Positions 28,674 to 38,749 of a stretch of 64,000 bases of DNA are shown here, piece by piece. The notes beneath the pieces are model-generated. The model saw nothing but the letters and a program-made list of their open reading frames with translations. It did not search any database and was not told the DNA's origin. Within the stretch, counting starts at the first letter, position 1. Every line of letters begins with the position of its first letter. The DNA is from an archaeon (GTDB taxonomy: Archaea > Nanobdellota > Nanobdellia > Pacearchaeales > GW2011-AR1). The position numbers were made by a program, and so were the translations under genes. The stretch is taken from assembly GCA_043797265.1 (NCBI GenBank), contig JAZDPV010000012.1, positions 1-64,000 on the forward strand. Direction: 5' to 3'.

Positions 28674-30212
28674 TTATTTAAACACATCTCTAAATCCAAC
28701 ACTCCCACCCTCACTTAAATCTTCAATCGCCTCACTATCATACAAATCAAAACCCGGCCCCTGCACCGACGCCATCCCATGTGCTTTCTTGTAAATATCA
28801 TAAACCAAATACAACCAACTCGCCGCGCTCTCAGCCGCCTTCGCCCTCATCATCTTCTCGACAAAATTATCATTCTTAATATTCTCAATCTCAACAAAAT
28901 CCTTCTTCTCATCCTTGCTCTTCTCTTTCTTCTTCCCCCACCCAAACAACGCCGCAAACGGATTAATATCAACCTTCTCCTCTTTTTTCTCCTCTTTCAA
29001 CTTCACTTTCTCTTTCTCTTCTGAACTCATCAAAAAATAATCCAAATCTTCCTTCAGCGTCTTCAAAGCATCCCCCGCAATATCGCCCGAAAATTCCATG
29101 CTCTTCGCAACATCATCATCCTCAAGCAACTTCCTCGCCGCCGCGACCTCCTCGTCATTCAACGCATAAGCATCAAAAGTCATATCAACTTTTCCGCCCA
29201 TCGCAAAACCATAATCCCCTTTCTGCGTCACCCTCTGCGAAACATGCCCCCGATAAGTCAACCCGATAATCATCACCCTATTATAACCGCGCTTCGCATT
29301 ATACTTCCCCTCATAAACATCCTCGACCTTCACACCCTGCGACCCAAATAACTGCAACTCAAACATCGACGTCGAAAACGCATTGACCAGCGCCGCATTA
29401 CTATCAAACCCCTTCTGCCTCAACTGCTCCGCCGCGACCAAATACGGCTTCATCCACGCCGAATACAACTTTATCGTCTCGACCTGCGACCTCAAATAAT
29501 TCTTCTCAATGCTAAACCTCTTCCTCAACTCGCTCTCCGAATACTTAACCCATTTCAAAAACTCGCCAACCCTCGGAATCAAAATCCTCATCACTTGGTC
29601 ATTAATCAAACCGCCCTCCTCATCCTTATTCATTTTCTTCAAATCCTCAACCGAACTCGCCATCATGAACGCCTCTCTCAGCGTCGTGAAACCCAACTCA
29701 GCCGACATCTGATGAATCGACCCCCGCCCCCGTTTCAAATCAACATTGTCCAGCCAAATCTGCTTCAACGCCAATCCTCCCTCCTCCTTTTTATTTTTGT
29801 CCTCAGAATTATAATCATCATAATGCGCCAGCCTCAACTCAAACTCCTTCAAATCATAAATCAAATTCAACACCGACTTCACAACCTGATTCAACCCGCC
29901 AAGAATTTTCATCCCCTCCTCTTGCATCTTCGTCGCCCTCATATTCATATCCGAAAATTGCCCCGACCCCGGCGACGCCATAAAATTATCAATAACCTTC
30001 ATCATATTCCACCCTTTCTCCTGAACAAAATCCAGCAACCAATAATAAATCGGCTCCAACTGCGCTTGCTGCGAATCGAACGACAACTTATACGACGAAA
30101 TCGACTTAAACGCCCCTTTGTCAAAATCCCACATCCCCATCGCCGCCAAATCCCCACGCTTTTTCGATTGACCCATCACCTCGCCAATCGCCCACCTCAA
30201 ATCATTAACCAT
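28674..30212 (-). CDS. large hypothetical protein
   Basis: Long ORF with host-like composition and TATA-like box upstream; family not recognised. Confidence 0.75.
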   Translation of the reverse strand: MVNDLRWAIGEVMGQSKKRGDLAAMGMWDFDKGAFKSISSYKLSFDSQQAQLEPIYYWLLDFVQEKGWNMMKVIDNFMASPGSGQFSDMNMRATKMQEEGMKILGGLNQVVKSVLNLIYDLKEFELRLAHYDDYNSEDKNKKEEGGLALKQIWLDNVDLKRGRGSIHQMSAELGFTTLREAFMMASSVEDLKKMNKDEEGGLINDQVMRILIPRVGEFLKWVKYSESELRKRFSIEKNYLRSQVETIKLYSAWMKPYLVAAEQLRQKGFDSNAALVNAFSTSMFELQLFGSQGVKVEDVYEGKYNAKRGYNRVMIIGLTYRGHVSQRVTQKGDYGFAMGGKVDMTFDAYALNDEEVAAARKLLEDDDVAKSMEFSGDIAGDALKTLKEDLDYFLMSSEEKEKVKLKEEKKEEKVDINPFAALFGWGKKKEKSKDEKKDFVEIENIKNDNFVEKMMRAKAAESAASWLYLVYDIYKKAHGMASVQGPGFDLYDSEAIEDLSEGGSVGFRDVFK

Positions 30213-30270
30213 CTCTCCACAAAAGAATCCCAATATTTAAACATTCCTCAAAACCACAAACCGCACCCAA

Positions 30271-30380
30271 CCTCGCGCCACGCGAGGCGGCGAAGCCGCC
30301 AAAGATATGAGAACCGAAAGTTCTCCAATTTTCCCCTCCTCTCCCAACCTCTCCCATCCTCCCCCACCCTCGCGAAGCGC
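30271..30380. repeat. REP-like GAA-triloop hairpin element, copy A
   Basis: ggcggc-gaa-gccgcc aaagatat gagaacc-gaaa-gttctc ... cgc-gaa-gcg; related copies at 33191 and 37460. Confidence 0.75.
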
Positions 30381-30453
30381 CCCGACAACCGACCAGTAAA
30401 CAACATAAAAACTTCACAGAAGTTTTTATATACTCAATTCCCCTCCGCTAATC

Positions 30454-30792
30454 ATGTTCTTCAAAAAGAAAAAAAGAATGATCGACGTCCGCGAACTTCA
30501 AAAAAGAGGCGTCGTCAGAATCCCAAAAAAAGACATAGTCGTCCCGACAAACCGCGACGGCTTCGTGGAATTCGGCTCAAAAAACCGACCAACGACCAGC
30601 AACCAACAAACAACAAACTCGGAACTCTTCGGCTTTATGGACACGACCAACTCCCGACTACCAAACCCCGACTCCCGAATCACCAACCTCGACAACAAAA
30701 TCTACAAACTCGAACAACGAATCGAACTTCTCGAAAAAAAACTTAACATCAACAACTCAACCGAACAAAAACTCGGACCAATGGGCTGGTAA
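30454..30792 (+). CDS. small hypothetical protein with repeat-derived middle region and coiled-coil end
   Basis: MIDVRELQKRG...LDNKIYKLEQRIELLEKK; TATA-like box upstream. Confidence 0.65.
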   Translation: MFFKKKKRMIDVRELQKRGVVRIPKKDIVVPTNRDGFVEFGSKNRPTTSNQQTTNSELFGFMDTTNSRLPNPDSRITNLDNKIYKLEQRIELLEKKLNINNSTEQKLGPMGW

Positions 30793-30802
30793 ATCACAAA
30801 CA

Positions 30803-32518
30803 ATGACAAACGAAACGACCACCTCGCCAATTCCAAAAGAATTAGTGCGAGCCCACGCTCTCGAAAACGCAATAAACCACGACGGCAAACCAAATCAAAA
30901 CGCAATCCTGTCCGCGCTCTTCTCCGAAGGCCTCGAAAAATCCCAAATCAAAAACATAATCCCCATAATCCAAGAAGTAATTCAAGAATTAAACAATCTC
31001 CCCCTCAAAGAACAAAAAGAAATCTTCAAAAAACTCGAATATAAAATATCAAAAAGGGAAATAAGAGTAGGACTCAAAAAACTTCCAAACGCCGAAGAAA
31101 AAAAAGTAGTAATGCGATTGGCTCCCTTCCCATCCGGCCCGCTCCACATCGGTAACGCCCGAACCGCAATCCTCAACGACGAATACGCAAAAATGTACAA
31201 CGGCAAATTCATAATCGTGATGGACGACACAATCGGCTCCGAAGAAAAACCAATCCAGCCCGAAGCATACGAACTAATCAAAGAAGGCCTCGAATGGCTC
31301 GACGTCAAATTCGAAAAAAAAATAATTTACAAATCCAACCGCACAAAACAATATTACAAATACGCCGAAGAAATGCTCAAAAAAGGTTACCTCTACGTCT
31401 GCCACTGTGACCAAGACCAAATGCACAAACTCAAAATCAAAGGTATTGCGTGCCCATGTCGAGAACTCACTCCCGACGAGCAAATCAAAAGATGGAAACA
31501 AATGTTCAAAGCAAAAGAAGGCACAGCAACAGTCCGGCTCAAAACAAACATGCAGGACCCCGACCCGGCATTCCGCGACAGAGTAATGTTTAAAATTTCA
31601 GACCGCCCGCACCCAAGAACCAAAACCAAATTCCGGATATACCCGTCGATGGAATTCTCTTGGGCAATCGACGACCACGTTCTCGGCGTCACTCACGTCC
31701 TCAGGGGCATGGAACACCACATGTCAACCCGCGTCCAAAATTTCATCCGAAAAATATTCGACTGGCCAAACCCCGAATCAATCTACAACGGCCACTTCGC
31801 AATCAAAGGCATCAAAATCTCAAAATCAAAAGGCGCTCAAGAAGTCAAATCAAAAGTATACCAAGGATGGAACGACCCGCGAACATGGTCCCTCCAATCC
31901 CTTCGCGACCGCGGCATAACAAAACAAGCAATAAGACAATTCATCCTCGGCCTCGGCATGCGCCAAACCAACATCACCGTCCCAATCGAAACCCTCTACG
32001 CCCTCAACAGAAAAATTCTCAATAACGCCCAAAGATATTTCTTCGTCGAGCAACCAGAAAAAATCACAATCAACGGATGCCCCCACCTCACCGCAAAAAT
32101 CCCGCTCCATCCCGACGGCAAACACGGCACACGCGAATATCAAACAACCCAAAACTTCCTAATCCCAAAAACCGACTTCGACATAATGCAAAACGGAAAC
32201 TACCGGCTCATGCACCTTCTCAACTTCAAATCCGAGAACATCCTTAAAACAAAACCGCGAACATTCTCTTTCATTTCTACCGAACAACGAACAGCGAACA
32301 ACGAACAGCGAATTAAGTATCTACAATGGCTCCCCGCCGACGCTGAAAATATCAAAATCGAAATCACAATGCCCGATGGCTCAAAAACAAAAGGTCTCGG
32401 CGAACAAAAACTAACCGAACTAAAAGAAAAAACAATAATCCAATTCGAACGATTCGGCTTCGTCAGACTCCACGAAAAACAAAAAAACAAACTCGAATTC
32501 TGGTTCGCTCACAATTAA
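30803..32518 (+). CDS. gltX: glutamate--tRNA ligase (archaeal type)
   Basis: RLAPFPSGPLHIGNAR, THVLRG, ISKSK, QFERFGF. Confidence 0.95.
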   Translation: MTNETTTSPIPKELVRAHALENAINHDGKPNQNAILSALFSEGLEKSQIKNIIPIIQEVIQELNNLPLKEQKEIFKKLEYKISKREIRVGLKKLPNAEEKKVVMRLAPFPSGPLHIGNARTAILNDEYAKMYNGKFIIVMDDTIGSEEKPIQPEAYELIKEGLEWLDVKFEKKIIYKSNRTKQYYKYAEEMLKKGYLYVCHCDQDQMHKLKIKGIACPCRELTPDEQIKRWKQMFKAKEGTATVRLKTNMQDPDPAFRDRVMFKISDRPHPRTKTKFRIYPSMEFSWAIDDHVLGVTHVLRGMEHHMSTRVQNFIRKIFDWPNPESIYNGHFAIKGIKISKSKGAQEVKSKVYQGWNDPRTWSLQSLRDRGITKQAIRQFILGLGMRQTNITVPIETLYALNRKILNNAQRYFFVEQPEKITINGCPHLTAKIPLHPDGKHGTREYQTTQNFLIPKTDFDIMQNGNYRLMHLLNFKSENILKTKPRTFSFISTEQRTANNEQRIKYLQWLPADAENIKIEITMPDGSKTKGLGEQKLTELKEKTIIQFERFGFVRLHEKQKNKLEFWFAHN

Positions 32519-33117
32519 CCTTTCTTCTTCGGAACATAAAAAATCAATCGCCCAACTTTCTCAACCGGCTCCAAACCATTCCAATATTTATCATTTGGTT
32601 TCGCAATTGAAACATCATGATAAGCAATAATTTCTTTCTCTCTTGGAACGCCCAAAATCTCTCCGTCAAAAATCGCCCTCGCATCCTCACGACACTTCTC
32701 GTAAACTATCTTCTCATACCCGTTCATCGGCAACTTCCCAATCACTTGCTTCCAATTCCTATTCACATTATCAAAAACACAACTAAACGCATTTTTCTCA
32801 TAAACAACCCCATGAACACTATTCTGATAATCGGGACTCCTTACTCTATTTAAAATCACTCTCGCAATAAATTTTCTTCCTCGACTAGACTGATTAGCCG
32901 CCTCGCCATACAAAACATTTTGCAATTCCTTAATATCTTCAGAACAATACTTTGTCCCAGCCACCTCCGACGGACAAACCAACTTTTTTTCAACACCACC
33001 AGCGGGGCCAGATGAAACACTTCTATTCCCACCAAGCAACAAAAGCGGCACAGCCCCAACCGCGACAGTCCCTAAAAACCAATTTCTCAAATCATGATTT
33101 CTTTTTTTATTAACCAT
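32515..33117 (-). CDS. cell wall hydrolase, SleB/CwlJ (Hydrolase_2) family, N-terminally membrane-anchored
   Basis: VLYGEAANQS...IARVILNRVRSPDYQNSVHGVVYEKNAFSC...YH...VGRLIFY. Confidence 0.85.
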   Translation of the reverse strand: MVNKKRNHDLRNWFLGTVAVGAVPLLLLGGNRSVSSGPAGGVEKKLVCPSEVAGTKYCSEDIKELQNVLYGEAANQSSRGRKFIARVILNRVRSPDYQNSVHGVVYEKNAFSCVFDNVNRNWKQVIGKLPMNGYEKIVYEKCREDARAIFDGEILGVPREKEIIAYHDVSIAKPNDKYWNGLEPVEKVGRLIFYVPKKKG

Positions 33118-33190
33118 AAAAAATCAAACCCGCGCCATTTTTAAATCTTTCTATTGTAACCACTAACTAATAACACCACAACCACACGGA

Positions 33191-33280
33191 CGGCGAAGCC
33201 GCCAAAGATATAACAACGAAGTTGCCCAAATTCTCTCCCCCGTCCTCCCCCACCCTCGCGAAGCGCAAAGCGTTTTGCGT
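33191..33280. repeat. REP-like GAA-triloop hairpin element, copy B
   Basis: cggc-gaa-gccg ccaaagatat aa caac-gaa-gttg cccaaatt ... cctcccccaccctcgcgaagcg. Confidence 0.75.
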
Positions 33281-33684
33281 CAGCAACAATACAACTTCTC
33301 TTTATCAACATCCCCTTTTCCAAACGGATTACCAAACTTCCTAACATTCGCAATCATCTCCTCATTCCCCTTCAAACCCCTCCCCCTCAAAACCATCGCC
33401 TCCCGCGCTTTTCTAACAGCGTCGCAAACTTTAATCCCAATCGGACATTTCTCTTCGCACGCCCGACACAAACTGCACTCAAACAAAATCTTGTCCATAA
33501 TCTTGTCCGACAACAAAATCGCCTTCCCCCTCGCCGAAAATTCCTCTTCCTTCAAAACTCCAAACACCGGACACAACCCCTTACATATCCCACACCTCAC
33601 ACATCCCTCAAAAATCTCACTCGCTTCCTCCATTAAATTATCCGCTTCAATTTTTTCCGATTCATTAATCTTTTTTCCCATCAT
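33280..33684 (-). CDS. 4Fe-4S dicluster protein (GlcF/HdrC-like N-terminal part)
   Basis: CVRCGICKGLCP and CSLCRACEEKCP. Confidence 0.85.
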   Translation of the reverse strand: MMGKKINESEKIEADNLMEEASEIFEGCVRCGICKGLCPVFGVLKEEEFSARGKAILLSDKIMDKILFECSLCRACEEKCPIGIKVCDAVRKAREAMVLRGRGLKGNEEMIANVRKFGNPFGKGDVDKEKLYCC

Positions 33685-34228
33685 AACTCCCAACGCATTT
33701 ATCCAAATCATCCTTCTTTAAAACCAAATATCTAAACGCCCCCGCCCTCAAATCCCGAGAATATCCCCTCGAAATCGAAACACTAATAACTTCTTTCTTA
33801 TGACTCTTAATTAATTTCATCGCCGGAAGAAAATCCGCATCCCCGCTAATCAAAACACAAACATCACAAACCCCATCCAACAAACACAACTTAACCATAT
33901 CCGACGCTATCAAAACATCAATCCCCTTCTCGACCCTAATAACCTTGCCATCAACCTTAATCTTCTTCAAATGAGCAGTGCTAACAACCAATCCTTTCTG
34001 CTTCATCCCCGCCAAAAAAACCATATGCTTGTAATACATCTCCTCTCCCATCTCAATATCCGGAATCGAATTATAATACCTGACCTCAATCAAACTCAAG
34101 CCAAATTTATCACAAACCACTCTCGCAACCTTCCTAACGTCAACAACCCTCGGCTTCCGAAAAACAGTCTTCACATTATGATACCAATTATTCCCATCGA
34201 CAAACACAATCGCTTTTTTATTAACCAT
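33665..34228 (-). CDS. NYN domain protein (LabA/PIN-like)
   Basis: FVDGNNWYH, EKGIDVLIASD, LISGDADFLP. Confidence 0.9.
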   Translation of the reverse strand: MVNKKAIVFVDGNNWYHNVKTVFRKPRVVDVRKVARVVCDKFGLSLIEVRYYNSIPDIEMGEEMYYKHMVFLAGMKQKGLVVSTAHLKKIKVDGKVIRVEKGIDVLIASDMVKLCLLDGVCDVCVLISGDADFLPAMKLIKSHKKEVISVSISRGYSRDLRAGAFRYLVLKKDDLDKCVGSYDGKKD

Positions 34229-34315
34229 ATTAGAAAAGGTAAAGCCCGGCATTCCTTTCGTCATACCGGGGAGGTAATCCTAAATAAAGCCCTCCAATAT
34301 ATTTAAATCTTTCCA

Positions 34316-34978
34316 TCACAACTCCCCCTCCACTTCCTTAACATACCTCTCAGCAAATTCCTTGACAAAATCGTACCGACCCCAAGCAATCTCTTTTGCC
34401 TTATCGGTCTTGAAAAATTCCGGTCGCAATTTCAAAATCTTTTCATAAATATGATTAATTACCGACGACTTGCTCCCATCATAAACTTCTTTCACTGGTA
34501 TACCCGAATCATAAATCGGAACGCCCCATTCAACTGAAGCCTGAACCATCCTGACAAGAATAGTAGCACCCAATGCGTCCAACCTATCCGCATCCTGCAA
34601 AACCTCTGCCTCACGAGTTTCAGCCCTCAACCCCTTGCTATACCTATGAACTGCAACCGCATGAACAACTTTCCCAATTTTCTCCTCGGGAAAACCCATC
34701 TCTTTCAAAATCACACCAGCCATCCTCGCGCCCTCTTCGGCATGACAAACATTACCTTCATCAGAACTCAAAGCAATTCCTCCTTTTTCTTTTCCCCTGG
34801 CAACATCATGCAAAAGAACAGCCGCCCGAACAACATCCATATCAACATCCTCGCCCTCGCTAATCTTCATAGCTAAATTATAAACTCTCTCAACATGATC
34901 AAACCCATGCCCATCCCCTATCTCAAAATACGGCAACACCCTCTTCCTCAACCTCGCGAAAAATTCCTCATCCATCAT
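34316..34978 (-). CDS. HD domain phosphohydrolase
   Basis: HGFDHVERV, LLHDV, QDADRLDALG. Confidence 0.9.
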   Translation of the reverse strand: MMDEEFFARLRKRVLPYFEIGDGHGFDHVERVYNLAMKISEGEDVDMDVVRAAVLLHDVARGKEKGGIALSSDEGNVCHAEEGARMAGVILKEMGFPEEKIGKVVHAVAVHRYSKGLRAETREAEVLQDADRLDALGATILVRMVQASVEWGVPIYDSGIPVKEVYDGSKSSVINHIYEKILKLRPEFFKTDKAKEIAWGRYDFVKEFAERYVKEVEGEL

Positions 34979-36120
34979 ATTACTTTATTAATATTAAATT
35001 TATTCAACGGGTCCGTCCTCTTCTTAATATTAATCAAAATTTTCTTATCATTAACGTCGACAAACTCTCTCTTCAAAATCCCAATCCCATGCTCCCCGCT
35101 AATCGACCCGCCCAGCCTCTTAACTAATTTTACCATCTCTGGTATAAACTTTTCTTGCTCTTTACTAAAACAAGGATGAAGTATACCAACTCCAATATGC
35201 CCAAAAACAGGTATACCTCTTTCCTCTACCCACTCAACTAACTTCACAAACCTATCAATAATAATCTTTGGATCCTCAATTCTGGTATAACCCTCCCCCG
35301 CAGCCCACGGATAAACCCTATCTCTCATCTCCATCAACTCATTATACTCCTTTCCATCAACCCATTTCCATTTACTCATCTCAATTTCTCGGCGGCTCCC
35401 GGTCTCGCACTCTACAATCAAATAATAACCTTCGACTAACCCAAGCCCAACGCTAATCTTCTTGTCTAAAAACTCAATCATCGAAACCGCAGAATTCCTT
35501 TTCAAACTCCGAACAACCGAAACAATCTCATCAAGACTTTCAAACTTCACCAACGTTGCGATTCTATTTTTCAACGACGACAACTTCAAACAAGCCCGAA
35601 CAATCACTCCACTAATCCCTTCCATCCCGGCGTAATCACTCAACTCCATCACACCCTTCCGATGAACCTCACCGCTCCCGTCGACAATCTCAACCCACTT
35701 CACCCAATTCGAAGTCCGCCCATACTTTATCGCCCGAGCACCAACAGCGTCGGTAGCAATCATCCCGCCAATCGTCGCAACCGAATGACTCGACGGCTTC
35801 ACCGGAAACTCCAAACCAAATTTCTTCAAATAACCCTGCAACTCATCCAAAATAACTCCCGCCCCAACCTCAACCGTTTTTTTTTCTTTATCAAGCCCGC
35901 CAATCCCATCCATCTTTGACAAATCCAAAACAACATCCAAACCATTCTGTGGAACCGCCCCACCGCTCAACCCCGTCCCGCCCCCGCGAATCACAACCCT
36001 CCTCGCACTCGCAACAATCCTGCAAACCTCCGCGACATTCCTCGGATGCACAACGTCCAACGCCCGCCCCTCAACTCCAGACGCATCCAACTCATAAGCC
36101 CTAATTAAATTTTTATTCAT
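34975..36120 (-). CDS. FAD-linked oxidase (GlcD/D-lactate dehydrogenase family)
   Basis: RGGGTGLSGGAVP, ATIGGMIAT, GMEGISGVI, SGEHGIG, DPLNKFN. Confidence 0.9.
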   Translation of the reverse strand: MNKNLIRAYELDASGVEGRALDVVHPRNVAEVCRIVASARRVVIRGGGTGLSGGAVPQNGLDVVLDLSKMDGIGGLDKEKKTVEVGAGVILDELQGYLKKFGLEFPVKPSSHSVATIGGMIATDAVGARAIKYGRTSNWVKWVEIVDGSGEVHRKGVMELSDYAGMEGISGVIVRACLKLSSLKNRIATLVKFESLDEIVSVVRSLKRNSAVSMIEFLDKKISVGLGLVEGYYLIVECETGSRREIEMSKWKWVDGKEYNELMEMRDRVYPWAAGEGYTRIEDPKIIIDRFVKLVEWVEERGIPVFGHIGVGILHPCFSKEQEKFIPEMVKLVKRLGGSISGEHGIGILKREFVDVNDKKILINIKKRTDPLNKFNINKVI

Positions 36121-36479
36121 TTCAAGCACCTTATTAAATCATCACGCTTAATAATTTTAAACCTATTTTTCTCCGTCCTTAACTCTTTAGAATAACCCTC
36201 AATCACAGAACAAGAAACGCAATCACGCCCCAATTCCTTTGTTTTAACAATTAACCCATCCTTCCTTAAGATATCAATAAATTTTTTATGCTTCCAAAAA
36301 GATTTGCTATTCTCGCTAGGCACAGAATTATAATATTTAACATAAACCAATTCTAAACCAAAGCCAAAACAAATCAACTTAGCAAGCTTTCTAAAATCAA
36401 TATCCCCTAATCCCTCTAATGCTATCTTGGAATTATGATACCAATTATTCCCATCAATAAAAACAATAGCTCGTTTCAT
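36117..36479 (-). pseudogene. internally deleted NYN domain gene
   Basis: FIDGNNWYH and the C-terminus are present, but the EKGxD and SGDxDF catalytic segments seen in the 34228 paralog are missing. Confidence 0.7.
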
Positions 36480-36561
36480 AAAAAAAGTGCCTAGCGTTCA
36501 AGACGATAGGCGGTTATTACTTCTACTAACCAACCCCCCTTTTTATATTTTTCTCTTCATC

Positions 36562-36606
36562 CCCCGACACATCCAACTCATAAACCTTCATCAAATTTTT
36601 ATTCAT
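36562..36606 (-). pseudogene. orphan diverged copy of the FAD oxidase 5' end
   Basis: MNKNLMKVYELDVSG versus MNKNLIRAYELDASG at 36120. Confidence 0.75.
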
Positions 36607-36699
36607 CTTTATCTAATCCCTCCAAATACCTTTCTAAAAAATCCGTGTTAGTCCGTGTTAGTCCGTGTGCTATTATTCTCTCATATAAGTTACACCTCT

Positions 36700-37434
36700 T
36701 CATCTCATCTCCTTAAGTTTTCTCAAAACAAAATCCGAAAACTCAATCGACTTCTCCGTCGCTGATTTAATATTAGCATAACATAAACCGCACGGCGAAA
36801 TAACTCCATTAACCCAATCAGGAATTTCAGAAACCTTCTTCTTCACAACCATTTTCGCAACACTCGGAAAATTCGCACGCATCCCACCCCCAGCCCCGCA
36901 ACAAATCGCGTCCTTTCGATTCAATTCAAACTCAAAAACTTTTCCACCCAATCTCTCAATCACCTCACGCGGCTCCTCATAAATCCCGCTATACCGCCCA
37001 AGATGACACGGGTCGTGATACGCAACCAACTCCCTCTCCCTATCCTCGCCCCTCCATTTAATATTTTTCTTCTTCAACGCATTCAGAATCGCAACCGTCG
37101 CGTGCTCAACCTCAATATCCCAACCCTTAACAAACTCCGGATAAATTTCTTTGAAAGTATGATAACACGACGGACAATTAGTAATAATTTTCTTAATCCT
37201 ATTTTTCTTAAACAAATCAAAATTCTTATTCGCCAATTTCCGCGCATCCTTCCGATAACCCGCATTCAAAACCGGCAACCCGCAACAAACCTCATCCATC
37301 GGCAACATCACAAAATCAATCCCCAACCGATTAAAAATCTCCTTGTAATTCTCCAACTCCGTCGACAAAACCCCCCTCGTCAAACATCCCGGATAATACA
37401 ACGTCTTCTTCCCAAACAATCCAAACAACCCCAT
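36700..37434 (-). CDS. (Fe-S)-binding CCG-domain protein (GlcF/HdrB-like)
   Basis: YYPGC, VCCGLP, CPSC, YHDPCHLGR, CCGAGGG, CGLC. Confidence 0.9.
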   Translation of the reverse strand: MGLFGLFGKKTLYYPGCLTRGVLSTELENYKEIFNRLGIDFVMLPMDEVCCGLPVLNAGYRKDARKLANKNFDLFKKNRIKKIITNCPSCYHTFKEIYPEFVKGWDIEVEHATVAILNALKKKNIKWRGEDRERELVAYHDPCHLGRYSGIYEEPREVIERLGGKVFEFELNRKDAICCGAGGGMRANFPSVAKMVVKKKVSEIPDWVNGVISPCGLCYANIKSATEKSIEFSDFVLRKLKEMR

Positions 37435-37459
37435 ATCAAAACCCTCCTCCACACACACC

Positions 37460-37553
37460 GCGCGACGCGACGAAGCCGCCAAGATATGGCAACGAAGTTG
37501 CCCAAATAGCGAAGCCGTCGAAGATATGAGAGCGAAGCTCTCCAAATTTTCCC
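37460..37553. repeat. REP-like GAA-triloop hairpin element, copy C (two units)
   Basis: cgaagccgccaagatat ggcaac-gaa-gttgcc caaat agcgaagccgtcgaagatat gagagc-gaa-gctctc caaattttccc. Confidence 0.75.
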
Positions 37554-37636
37554 TTCTCTAAATTATTTCCAAAATCTAAAACCTTGCAAAGCACCATCCA
37601 AAACAAACAAAACAACACTACTTAAAATTTATTATA

Positions 37637-38707
37637 CTAAACAAACCCAATCGCCCTTATAAAAATATACGAAGCAAGACCCACAAGCAACAACCCCGAA
37701 ATTAATTTCATATACCTCCTGTTCGAAACCGTCCAACTCTGCAACTTCTCCGTCGACGTCCCTCTATAAATCAAATAAGTCAAAATAATCAAAGGCAAAA
37801 CAAAAATTAAATTATAAATCAAAAGATACCCCACTCCAAAACTCTTATGAATAGACATCACCGTCAAAATCCCAATATAAATCTCGCCCGTACAAGGCAA
37901 TTCAAAAAGCGAAACAACAACTCCCAAAATAATAATCGAAACCAGACTCCCTTCTGCCATAAATCTCTCAATAATCGGCTTAACCCTCGAAGAAATCCTG
38001 AGTGTCACACCCTTCCCATACCAAAAAACATCCTTCAACTGCAAGAGCCCAAAAACAAAAATAAACACAGCAACAACAAGATAAAAATAATAAAAACCAA
38101 TCGAAGAAGAAAACCTATCAATCACACCATAAAGTCCCCATCCTATAAAAAAATAAACAACAAAAACAACAAAACTATAAATCAGCCCCGCCCTCAACGC
38201 CCGACGAGCCGAACCCATTCCAAGCAAGCTCGCCATCAAAAATATCAAAACCCCAAACGCACACGGATTAATCGAATCAACAATCGCTGCAACCAAAACC
38301 GAACCAATCGTAACCCCTGTATCAGAACCAGCACCATCTAAATCAATAACAACACCGCCCCCATTCAGAACCCTCTCCTCCAACGTCTCAATTATAGGAA
38401 TATCACCCATCAAATAAGAATACTTGCCATCCTGCTCAATAACCGCAAAAGGCCAACCCCTCTGGCTAATTCCAAACTCATCACAAAACTTATTAAACAA
38501 ATCCCGGCTATCCTGGTCCTCATACAAATTAAACTTTTCAACAGAAACACCGTCGATCAAAGCAACCTCATCAAACACACCCGAATCATCAACAGCCGCA
38601 CAATGAGAACAACCAGTTGAATAAAAATAGCTAACACTCGTCTCAGGCACAGCCGACACAACCCCAACTAAAAACAAAACAATCAACGCAATCAAAAACT
38701 TCTTCAT
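37637..38707 (-). CDS. thioredoxin-fold plus CcdA/DsbD-like membrane protein
   Basis: Signal peptide, GCSHC, DSINPCAF, LFELPCTG, multiple TM helices. Confidence 0.85.
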   Translation of the reverse strand: MKKFLIALIVLFLVGVVSAVPETSVSYFYSTGCSHCAAVDDSGVFDEVALIDGVSVEKFNLYEDQDSRDLFNKFCDEFGISQRGWPFAVIEQDGKYSYLMGDIPIIETLEERVLNGGGVVIDLDGAGSDTGVTIGSVLVAAIVDSINPCAFGVLIFLMASLLGMGSARRALRAGLIYSFVVFVVYFFIGWGLYGVIDRFSSSIGFYYFYLVVAVFIFVFGLLQLKDVFWYGKGVTLRISSRVKPIIERFMAEGSLVSIIILGVVVSLFELPCTGEIYIGILTVMSIHKSFGVGYLLIYNLIFVLPLIILTYLIYRGTSTEKLQSWTVSNRRYMKLISGLLLVGLASYIFIRAIGFV

Positions 38708-38749
38708 TACAATCTCTAACAAACTAACTTTAAAAACCTTAAGATGAAA

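Noticed and set aside
37435-37545. N-terminal extension of the CCG protein
   Set aside because: It is translation through the REP-like repeat; the likely start is MGLFG at 37434
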